Below, piece after piece: positions 40,801-52,800 of a DNA stretch of 64,000 nucleotides. The notes beneath the pieces were generated by a model that was given only the letters and a program-made list of their open reading frames with translations, ran no database searches and was not told the DNA's origin. Source of the stretch: Candidatus Omnitrophota bacterium. GTDB taxonomy: Bacteria; Omnitrophota; Omnitrophia; Omnitrophales; Aquincolibacteriaceae. Position 1 is the first letter of the stretch, and each line of letters opens with the position of its first letter. Where the stretch lies: the NCBI GenBank assembly GCA_030698625.1, contig JAUYMS010000021.1, forward strand, positions 6,227 to 70,226, given 5' to 3'. Both the position numbers and the translations under genes were made by a program.

Positions 40801-43800
40801 AGATGAACTTCTCAGACTGCTCAAGAGCAGCTTCGAGGCATCCCGTCAAAAGCACGGCTCTCTTCGCGACCCGAGTTCCCGAGATTCGCTGTTTATCGCG
40901 CTCTTTTTGAGGGATGCTACCGAAATTGTGGGACAAGGTCCCCAGCGCTCGGAACTCCGGGCGGACCGCACGCTCGGTGAAGTGCTCGATTCCATCATTG
41001 ATGACACACAAACAGAAAAGTGGACACGCGAGCGTTGGCAGGATGAATTTGAAATCGTTCTGAAATACGTTCACCCCGACCTCGTCAAGGAGGCGGGAGC
41101 CCCCGTGCCGGAACGGACGGCGCTCGAAGCGAGAGCTGTCGAGATTCGTGAGGCCGATCAAAGCGGTGTTATGACGACGCTCGTCAGCAATCTGCCGCCG
41201 CCGGGCGGTTTTTTCGGCAGCGGCGGCGCTATCGAGTTTGACCTTTTCAAGATGTTATTTACCTCTTATGCCGCGCATCTCAACCGCATCCTCAAGGGCG
41301 TGCAGGAAGATGAATCTCTCGGAGAAGTCGAAGTGCCGACGGAAATCGACATTACCGCGCCCATTGAAGAGCAGCATGAGCTTTTTCGCCATGTCCTGCG
41401 TTTGACAGAAAGACAACGCGGATACAGCATTAACTTTACGCTGCTTGTCGCGGGTCTCGATCCCGATGAGATCAATAATCCCGGCGCAGAGTACACGCCG
41501 GCCGCGGCCCTGATCCTGAGGCAGGCTGGGTTCCATGCCGCCCATTTTGCCAGTGACATGGCCCGAACCTTTCGTCCGGAGGCGGAACCTGTACTCGTGG
41601 ATCCCGAAGATGTTTTGATTATATCCCGCTTTAATCCTATTCGCCACATCACGGTCAAATCCGCTGATGGCGGGTATCCTCCGTATCTCGTGGTGGAATT
41701 CAGCCGTGCATCCGGTGAACAGATCAGCCGGTTTCAACGTATTCATTTATTGAAGGCTGCATTGCCCGACCAACCGGTTGCCCAAGAGGTTACGAGCGAG
41801 TTCGTGCGTAGTGGTTTCGTGCATGAGCTTGGGGGCGAGTCGGGGTTAAATTCCTTTGCCTTTGATTACGACACAGCTCCCGAAGAACGCGCGGCGAAGA
41901 TCGCCCGCTTGAAGGCACTCGCCGAGCAGGAACTGCTCCTGATCCAGGACCGGTACATGCCGGAGGTGACTCAGGAGACCATTGAAAGATTCGCGAAATT
42001 TGTCGGCCGCTCGGAGCAGGAAAGGCATGCCATGGCGTTGGGTTATCCGCATATTGTGCACGAACAGAAGCTCGGGCGCGAGCGTACTCACTTTGCCAAC
42101 AAGACGGGTATCGCATCCCCGGGGCTTGGTGCCAATGACGACGTTCAGACACGCCGCTTTCGCCGCTTGCGGGTGTTTTGGGAACAGCGCAATCTGAGCC
42201 GCTTGAAGGACGCCATACTCTATGCCGGGGAAGAGGAGGAGTCGGCACGTCGTGATATCTCCGATCGGGTCAGGCAAGGGAAGTTGGAATTGCCTGAGGG
42301 TGACGGCGCGGAAAAGAAATTCGAGGAGGAGGTCGCGGCACTCACCGCGGATAGAGAGCGCCTAACGGTTTACTCGCCGCTCGTGGCCCTGTATTTGGCT
42401 GCCGACGGTGATGGGAATTTTCTCATTCCCGATAACGCGGCTGATGCCTATCTCGCATGGCTTGAGGACCTCAGCAAACAAGGTCTGCAAAAGAAATTTG
42501 CCGAAGCATTGAAAGAGGCCAAAGCCGGAATCAAACCGGCCGGTGAAACACGGACCGACGGACTGATTGCCGATGAAATCGGGGATATCCTTGAGCTGGA
42601 AGTCCTCTACCGTCTTCTCTATGAGCATCTTCGAACAGCCTCATTTTTTGATCGCGAGAGCCGGTCGAAATTTTGGCTCAATCTGAACCATTATCACGAG
42701 TTTTACCGAAACAGCGATGTGACTTCAAGCCGTCTCTGGGCGCTCGCGCGCTCCCATTTTGAAGACAGTATTCGCAGCGATCTTGGCGATGCCTGGAACC
42801 ACCTGCAGGAGTATTTCCTAAAGCCTCAGGATATGTCCGCAGGCGCAGAGGTCAATGCGGCTGCCACCATGATCGCCAATCAGGACCGCAAGTTGTTGCC
42901 TGCGGAACTGCCCGATCTTCTTCGCGGCGCGACAGAAAAGATTCTCGGTTCACAGACCGTTCATCTGACGAGTGCAGCCACAACGGCAGATAGGTTGCCC
43001 GGTATTTTGAGCACTTTTCTCAAAGGTCTAGACCGCTTCGACCTGCCGGCGCTTTCGCTTGCGAAACGAGAGGCTCTGAGTCGCCGTCAGGCCTTTTATG
43101 ATGACCTCATCCGTATCCGAGAACTTTATGAGACCGGTCGCTTTGAACAGGCGCTTCGCCTTACGAATGGCTTGCTGGGTCATGGCGAAGATGCGCCCAA
43201 GCTTTCGAAGAAACAGAGGAGAGCTTTAAGGAAGGGAAAGGAAGTTGAATTGCCGGAGGCCCCGGCCGGACTGCTGGTGCCTGCAGCCGAAGAATCGTTG
43301 CGCGAGATGCAGGCGCGTTTGCGCGAGGCGATGGCAACGGCCTCGACGGCAGCTCCTCAAGCCGATGAATCCTCTGCGGTCGTCGCAGAACCGGCTGATG
43401 TCGCAGTCGTTGAGCCAAAAGCAGTTCCCGCTCCGAAAGAAAAGCGCGAGCTTACGCCGAAACAAGAATTTATGGCTCTCGAACAGATCAGTCCGGGACT
43501 TCGGAATCTCATCGGCGAAATACTGGAGCCCTCCGCGATCGCATCCAGAAGCAACAAGCGATGGATAGCGCTTCACAATGCGTTCTTCAAGTTTTTCTTC
43601 TCAGATGACGGCAGTCAACCCAATGAATTAGAAAAGCGTGCCTGGGATATAGTGTTGGCCGCTTTTAACCGTGGTTTGGCCAAGAAACTGGCGGATGGCC
43701 GAATGGTGCCCGAGATGCGGATGGGCGATTTCTTCGATATGGCTCAGGACTACGGTAAAGCGACCGACAGACCGGAGTCCCAAGCGGATATCATGGTGCA

Positions 43801-46800
43801 GCCGACCAAGACACTGCTGCTGATGTCTTCATCTATGGCGCGCGTTCTGACGGGATTGATTGCCGAGGAAGCCGAGACACAGCCGGCAACAACAGATCTT
43901 GCGCCGCCTGCCGCGAATATGAGTCCCGCTGAATATGCTGAATCCTATCGGCAGAATATTCTCATTAATGGAAATCGCCTTCAGGACTTCTTGTCGCATG
44001 TCCCGGGTGCCTTAGTCGGTTATAAGGTAACGGCCGACATCAAGCAGAAGGGCCAGGGCGCGCCGCTCGCTTTGGCCCCCATATGGGCCTTCCGCCAGTT
44101 CGGGTTACAGCCTACGTTCCGCGTGATTCCCGACTTTGTAAGCCAGGCAGGGGAAATAAAGAATATTGCTTATATCGAAGCGACCGAAGGAAATCCGCCG
44201 GCCGTGAGAGTGGAGTTTAATAAAGCCTTGGAGGATCCGCGTACCGGGCAGTCTTTTACGGATGTTGCGCTTTTCGTGGTTAGAAACCCTTGGGCCGACT
44301 TCGCGCGATCAAGCGACAGCTTGGAGGACGTTGAGTTTGATACCGAAACCGTAAGGGGCTATGCATTCCGACCTGGGGATGCCCAAGTTGAGCGCACCCA
44401 AAAAATCCGTCAGTTGAGACAAGCCGCATTGGATCAGAAAGTCGTCTTGCGTGTTCCGTACTTATTGCCGCTGCATGAGGGGGCTGTAAAGCGTATTGCG
44501 GAAGCGATGGGACGTACGGCAGCAGAGCGGTGGGCCGCGGAAACGTACTTTGCGCTGGGCTTCAGTGACCCGAGCGGCAATACACCGCGGCGCATTGAGA
44601 GGTTTCCCGATCCGGAAAGGTCTCAGCCATTAATAGAAGGTGCTCAGACTATTGGTGACGCAGCTCTGGCCTTCAGTGACGGCGCCCGCGCGCGTATTAC
44701 TATTTTAGAAAGCAAAAAGAATTTGATTGCGCTCTTAGCGCACCCGATTTTTGAACCGTTGATGCGGCTCATGACGGCCCGTGACGCCAAGGGCGAGTGG
44801 GTCGTCAGTGTGCGAAGCGCCGGAAAGGTGGCCGCACAACTTGATCGATTGGCCGGTGACGTGATTCTGCCTGCGATCGATGATATCGCCAAACAGGCGC
44901 CCGAGATCCAGGATCAAGCGGCGCTTGCCCGTTTCGCCGCCGAACTCAATCTGGCCGCCCTCACCCAAGTCCCGAGAAGGATATATCAACAGCCCGACAT
45001 CAATGATATCCGCATACGATTAGTAACGGAAACCGGTCGGGCTTGGGATGCGGATCTCAGCAAGTTTAAGGCTGTCGTAACACCGCCTGGTTCCGAGAGG
45101 GACCAGACCCTTCGTGAAATTGCGGCAAAGGAAAGCCTCGTCATCGCCGGATTTGATCGTGAAGATACTACAGAGGAGCGCACCGCAGCCATGGCAGAAG
45201 CCTTAAGCGACTACCGGAAGAACGCCGAAGGGCTTGTCCTTCTGGATTTTTCATCGCCGGAAACATTGACGGCGTCAGCCCTGGATTTGGCGCATCGCTT
45301 AAAGACGGGAAGATCGCAGGCTGTCGAAGCGCGCCGCGCCTATTTAGAAGCCCTGGTTTCGCTTCGCAAACTCGCCGAAGCGGGGGATCAGTCGCGGGCA
45401 TTTACAAACGCCGCTGCTTTGCTTGCGACGCTCAACGACGGTGAGGATAAGGAGCGCGTCGAATTATTCCGCGGCCGCGTCCGTGCGGCACTCGTAGCTA
45501 ACATGCAGTCGCATCTGGATTCTGTGGCGGGTATGGTCACGGATGTTCACAAATCTTCCGGCGATATCGAAGCCGCGACGGCTGACGCGGTAAAACTTCA
45601 CGATTTATTGAGACCTCTCGTTGCCGGAGAGACCGGGCCTTATGAAACGGCGCTTGCATTCGCGCAGACCGGTTTGGAACGTAAGAGGGAAGCGGAGCAG
45701 CGGACCGCGGCTACTCGCGGCGCAGATCTTAGCCTCTTGGAAGGGCATCTGGAACTTGCCGCAGTGGCCGACAAACTTGAGGAAGCCGAGCCCGAGTGGG
45801 ATAAGGCACAGGCGATTATCCGGGAGGTCAAATTCGAGGAAGGCGACGAGAAGACAAAGTTTGAGGGGCTCATTGCGGCAACGGAGAAAAATGTGACGGC
45901 ACTCAAGCGGAAAAAACAGTTTGCAGTCGAACTCGCGACATTGCAAACGGATGGGAAGGCAGCTTACCTCAAAGCGCAAGCGTATGCCAAGCATCTGAAC
46001 GATGCCGATCCGGATATAGTGCTTGTCGAGCATATGATTGAATTGCTTATCGTTGCACAGGAAACAAAAGAATTGGCCGATTTTAGCGTGGCTGACCGGT
46101 TCTCATACCATTTGTTGGAAACGCGGGTCTTTAGGGCTTACGGGGCAAACGATCTTGCAACGCTTGCGGCGGGCAATGCTCTGATAGTCCGGGAGAATAT
46201 GGAGAAACGGGATTACACGGTGGAAATTGCACTCGAAGAACAAATCGAAAAACTGGATGAAGCAAACGACGTCCTTTTACGCCGGCGCGAGGAGCGTCGT
46301 ATCGATGAAATCCTCAAAAAGATGCCGGAGCGTGTGCGGCACGTAAGCCCCACAAGCTATGAAGCTTTTGCCAAGGAGATTGCTCAAGTCCGTTCCGATA
46401 TCGAAGGCCTCGCGCAGTATGATCATGCACGCATGCAGGGAACACTGGCCGCAAATCTAGATGCAGTTGAAATTATCTTTGAGGGCCGTAGGATTCGAGC
46501 CCGGATTGCCCGAAGTGCCAATGAAAGCCGCAAGCCGGGCGTCAAGAATCAAGCCGGTCATTTTCAGCGTGCGCGCACAGAAATCGCGGGGATCATTGAT
46601 CGGCTCGTTCGCCGTTTCGGCAGACCCGCTCACACTACCGCAGATGAGCTGCGAGCCGAACTCGATCGCGCCGCAAGTGGTTTCGATAAGAAGAAAAGAT
46701 CCGAGCTTCGAGTTGCCGAAGAAGTAGCCATTCTTCAGCCCGGTGAGAGCGCCTACGATGCTATGTTTAAAAACGGGGTCGCGGGAGGGCTCGAGGCATT

Positions 46801-49800
46801 GCGCGATTTTCTGGAGGAACGTTTCTTAGAGGGATCGGAAACGCCCTATGTGGTAAGGATTGTGCCGACCTCGACCGAGGAGAGAGCGGCATTGGAGGCG
46901 GATTCGGAAATCAGCGGGGTATCACCTCTTTATTCGGGGCCTGAGGCGGCCGACATTTTGAGCCGGCTGCGGATCTCGCAGATTTATCTGAACCAGGCAG
47001 ACTTGATTGAGATTTCTCTTTCCGAAGCGATTCCGTTATTCGGCAGATCCACAGATACGATTTCCATTGTCGGAGATGCCGACTTTTTCGCAAAGCTTCG
47101 CAACAGAAGCAGCTACGCAGCAACCATTAAAAGAGACGGCTATACGCCGGTAGAACGCGATGACTATGACACGATTTTTACCCGTGTGCGGCAAGAAGAC
47201 TTCCATGTGCTGGAAAGTGGTTGGGGATTTAACGCCGCAGAGCACCGCTTGGCATTTCGAGATGCCTTTGGCGTCGATGCACAAGCTGCGGATCTCTTGC
47301 TTTCCGAGGGCGAGTATTTGGAGCTTGAAAGGAACCGCCTGAGTGCACGAGTTGAGGCGGATCAGCAGCAATTGCGCGAAGACCTGGGGCAGGCGATCGA
47401 AGCCACCGGCAAAGGGAAAATCTCGAAGCTTGCGAGCAGGGCCTTGGCGCGAGACGAAACGGCAATCCATGAAAAGATTGATGCCCTGCAAAGTCAAGTC
47501 TCATTGGATGAGCATGAGGCTCCGCTGCTGTCGGGAACGCCGGAGACTGTCTATCAAACCGCCAAGCGAAAAGCCCCTGAAATATCCGCCCGGATTAAAT
47601 CGATTCAGGAACGGCATGCGGCACGGGAGGCGCTTGTCGGTGAGCTCGAATCTGCTCAGAAACTTCTCACCGAAGCTGTCCGAGCCAAGCAAGAATCCGG
47701 AGACATTGAATCCGAGATTGCCGATCTCGCGACCTTGTTCGAAGGGTGGGGTACTGTTGTGGACTATGCCGCCGAGATCAAGCGGATAACCGAAGCGCTC
47801 GAGGTCGCGATGGAGACAATCAGCAAGAAAATTGCCGCGCTTAAAGAAAGCGAAGTAATTGAAAAACCTCCCCTCATCGATGAGGCGACAGACTCCTTGC
47901 CCGCAAATGTCTTACTCAGGGAATTCCAGGCTGCTGTCGGGGAGTTGGGCGATCATTGGGCGGTGCAGGTACTCGAAGCGAGGCATGATCCGCGCTGGGA
48001 TCCGACTGCGAAGATAACCTTACCGGACCAGGGGTCCCAGGTTGCCGGTGCGGTGCGGGACATTCAGAAATTTGTTCGGGAAGTTCAAGCCATCAAGCCG
48101 TTTGCGGATGAAGAAAGCGGTAGGGAAGGCATTCGTGAGCTCGCCGAATCGTTTTCTTCAATCTATCGAACCATCGGCCAGCGTGCCCTCCGGTACGTCG
48201 GTATCGCGGGTACACGTGAGGATGCTGAAAGAAAGTTGAGAAAACAGGAGGAGGCCGCCCGCCAGCGGTTCATGCAGCGGCAAGATACCGGTATTCACGG
48301 CCCCGCTTCTAATACGGCTGCCCGGCGCGCTAAAGACAGGGCCAGAGATAAGACTCAACGTGCTCGTCAAAAGCGGAAGCATATGGACTATACCCTCTCC
48401 TACCTGACGGTGGCGCTCAGCATTGTTGAAGCTAATTTCAGGATGCTAATGCAGAGGGTGGCCTATGAAAATGCCTTCCTTCATCCGGTTAGAATCGAAG
48501 CCGAACCGAACCGGGAGAAGGTCAAGGAGGCGCTGAAATACATAACGCATAACCTACATGAGCGGGCGGGGGGGACATACAAACATCCGCCGCTGCGTAT
48601 GGGCATCGGCAGGCATGCGACTGACCTCGCCGAAGAGGTGGGATCCTTGATCGCGAATGTGGAAAATGCCGCCGACTTACAAACAGACGTGATCAATCTC
48701 GTCTTGAGATTAATGACCCTTGTCTCAAACCATGATGTGCTTTTTCCCGAACTCCTAGACAATGTGGGCGGCGCATACAAGGTGCAGTCATTCCTGACGG
48801 ATGAGATGATTCACTATGTGACCCATCTGCTTTCAGCCGCAGCTATTTCCTATGAGGAATCCGACTTGCGTACGAAGTTCGGCCTTCCGGATAATCTGGA
48901 TGGGACGGATGTCCTTGCGCAGTTAATTCACGAGGCCAAGGCGAATTGGCGAATAGCGCTTCACTCGGACGTGGAAGGAAAGGATACAGCGACACATCGT
49001 GAGAATCTTGCCGAGGTGTTGAAGCTGATCGCGTTTTCCAAAATAGTTCAAGATGACGATGACCTTTACGACAGATTGACTAAAACGAAGAGCTTCCCGG
49101 CAACCGAAGCGCTTATCGCCGAGAACGCGGACCGAATCGAGGCACTCCTCCGGCGCTCGCGGGAGGCCCATGGCCCCGACGGAATTTTTTATATTCGATT
49201 TCCTGCCGATCATCCCGACCTTCCTTTGGCAGAATTAGCGTTCTCCGCGCCGTTGGGGTATCTGCACGTATTAGCCGGTCCGGCAAGGACTCCCAATGAA
49301 CAGCATTCCTTGAGCGGCTATCCGGTGATCGGAAGCAAGGGGAAGAAGCCCGTTTTCTATGTGGAATATCCCTTCGACTACGCAGAACCGCAGCCGGTGA
49401 CGGCGTTCTTTTACAACTTTGCAGAGGAGCCGGAAATGCTGAGCTTCGCCCTTACGCTTAATAAATTGCGCGAAGAGGCGTCATTGGCGTCTGTATGGCC
49501 GGCCCTTGAAGGGCTCACGCGATGGATCGACGATCAGGCTCAGATCGTGACAATGGTCAACGCCGAAGGCAAGGAACTGGACTCAATGGGCTTTATGGCC
49601 CGCCGGCACCTGGAACGCGTGCTGACCTTAATTGCGGATAAGGTCGGTAAGACTGCTGCGCTGACGGCCGAGAAAATCGAATCGACTGACGGTAAAATGG
49701 CGCCGCAATACCGGGTGAAGATTGCTCATGAACATGGTTCCTCGATCGGCGAATGGGACGAGAGCGAGTATGACAACCTCGTATTTCTTATTAAGTTGCT

Positions 49801-52800
49801 CGGCCATGTGAAGCTTGCCGGCGAAGGGGAACCCGCGGAGCTCGAAGATGCAGAAATTTTCAGGACCCGCCATGATCACACGCTCGTCGGGGAGATGGCT
49901 AGAGACATCGACGGACGCACCGGCTACTTTGACGTTCGCATTCAGGGGCGCGGCGAAGAACCCGAGGAAGTCCTTATGACTCTCAAAAAGCCCGTGCGCT
50001 CAGAGCTCAGGGCAGAAGAGGCGGCCGTGCTGCAGCCGGGACAGACGGATTATAATCAGTTATTTAAAGACGGCATGCAATCAGGCCTAGACCGGCTAAG
50101 CGGCTTTCTTGAAGATAAGCTGCTGGAGGGAGGCGACTCGCCGTTTGTCCTTCGCGTGGTTCCGAGGAACCTTGAGCAGTGGAATGCACTGGATGAATAT
50201 CAACAGTTAACCGGTGTTGCGCCGCTTTACACAGGTCCGGAGGTCGCGGCGATTCTTGCCTCGCAGGACATCACAGAGATCTATCTCAATAAAGAAGATT
50301 TGGTCGAGATAGCATTTACCCCGTCCGGCGATGTTTTTGGCCGGCCGGCCGACACCGTGACCGTCATCGGCGATGCCCAGCTCTTCGAAAAACTGAGAAA
50401 CAAAGAGGCTTACCGCACGGCTATTGCGCGGGATGGTTATGCCGCCTTAAGTGAGGAAGATTACGATACGGTTTACACGCGCATTCGGCAGGAGCTCTTC
50501 CATGTATTGGAAAGCGGTTGGGGTTACCGGAGTGATAGTCAGCAGGCAAAGTTTCTGGAAACCTACGGAACCGATGCCGAGGCGGCTGAACTCCTTCTTT
50601 CCGAAGAGGGATACCGGGATTATGAGAAGTCCGTCTTGCTCGACACAATCGGTGTAGATCAGACGCGATTACGGCATGCACTCGAGCAGATCGCCGAGCC
50701 CATTCACAAGGGAGCTATGAATCCGCTCCTCGAAGCAGCTCTTCAGAGCGAGGAAACCGAGATCCGCGGGGAAATTAACCGTCTGGTGAATCACGCGGCT
50801 TCTGTGAGGCCGCTTCCTCTGCAGCGGACAGATATTGAGCCGGTTTATGCCGCGGCAGACGCTGCCGTCGTTGCCATAGCGATGACGATCGAACAAATTC
50901 AAGCGCGGCATGGCGCACGCGCGAAGCTGACCATCGAACTGGCGGGGTTTCAGGAGCTCTTAAGCGAAGAACTTGCGTCACGTGTGAGCGGTCTTACAGG
51001 AGAGGGCTTGCAGCAAGTTCGGGCTGAAGCTTTGGATCAAGCCTCGCGTCAGCTTACCTCTGAGATCGCATCGTTGGCCGGCACTTTCGGCGGGTGGGGA
51101 AATATTGCCACACATCAGGAAGAGCTAAAGAGAATAGCCGGCGAGTTGGAAACCCGCGCAGCGGCGATTGGCCGAAAAATCCGGGCGATCACCCTGCCGG
51201 AAGTTGAGAAAGAAATCCCTGCGGTTATTGAACCCGCGGCAGACGAAGGCCTAGCCTCGAATATCGTGCTGCGGAAGCATCAGGAACGGGCCGCACAACT
51301 GATGCATCACTGGTCCATGGTTGAAGCGGCAAAGCAGCCGGACCGCGACAGAATGGCGGCGAAAATGCTGGGCGAGATGCGCGATCATGCCGCGGCGATC
51401 GCGGCGGCCCCAGCCTATGCCGACGATGAATCGGGCCGTGCGGCCATTAGCGAGCTTATAAAAGAGTCACATGCCCTGTCGCGCGCCTTGCGTCTCGAAC
51501 TTCACGCCATGAAGGATGCCATTCAGGCTTCAGCCGACCAATTGCCCAGGGTTCTCGACGTGATGAGCCGGGCAGTCGAGAAGCAGACCGCGCGGGCACT
51601 ATCCACCATGCGGGGTAGATCCGGCGGTTCGTCAAGACGGATGATAACGAAAGTGATAGGAAAAGTGAATGAGGAGCGCGAGGCCTATGCCAGAAAAAAC
51701 GGCACAATCATGCAACTGATCGTTGCCGTCGCTCATTTTAATGAGATGACACAGGACCTTACTGGAGACGCCGTGAACATCGGCCTTCTGGATTTCGATG
51801 AGTCTGACCCTGTTGAGCTGGCTGTCTGGAACGCGGAGCCGGTCCGCTCAGAGGTTAACCGGGACGTGCTTATCCGTGTTTTGAGGCGCCTCGCCTCGGA
51901 CCTTCGTGATGAAGAGGCCCATGACTATGACCGCGACGAAGGCGGAATTCCCGGAATCGAAAAGAGGTTACCCATTGGCGGGCCTTCATTTGGAAGAGCG
52001 CACGGTGAGGCGGCCGCGCGCATCGAGTCTTTGATCGACGACCTGCCGACGGATACCGATGAACTGCGCGGTCAATTGACACGCGCCCTTGTTGACGTGG
52101 CGAATTTGCTCAGTATGACCTTTACCTTCTATACACAGCTTCTCCAGGGTGATGCGAAAGCGGATCGGGAAAACAATTTCACCACTTACGATATGCTCGG
52201 TGCCCTTGTGGCCTCATACCGCGCCGCGGGTCTCAGTGTCAACGAAAGCGCTATCCGCGAAATGATGGGTTACAGAAAGGCATTTGAGGCGGATTTGACA
52301 TTGCGTCATGCCGCCATGTCGGCACGGCGTGTCTGGATCCTGGAGCGAAAGAAAGACGCCGCGGGAGAAAATGCGCCGCTCCACGATGAAAATTTTTCGG
52401 AGTATATGCGCTATGTCGCTTATCTGAAACTGCTTCGAGACGAGAAGGCGCTAAGGGATGAACTGGAGAAGGCAGCCGGCTTTGCCGGTATTTATGCGTT
52501 AATGGAGAAACACGCAGACCGTATCGATGCGTTACTCGACGAGGCGCGACAGGCTCACGATGGCAGACTGAGCGGTGAGATCAGCATTCCTCAGAGTGAG
52601 AGCACTCTTCCGGGATTCGTCATCAATGCGACAAATGCAATGGGCGTAATTCATGAGTTGCAGATAACGGGTCAGAGCGATGTCGCCGGCCGCCTCTTTT
52701 TCGATGCGCCGCGTGCGGATTTCACCGGCGGTGTAGAGTATTATATCCAGTGGTTTGAGCAGGACCGGGATCCCACAAAGCGTTTAAACGCTCAACACCT

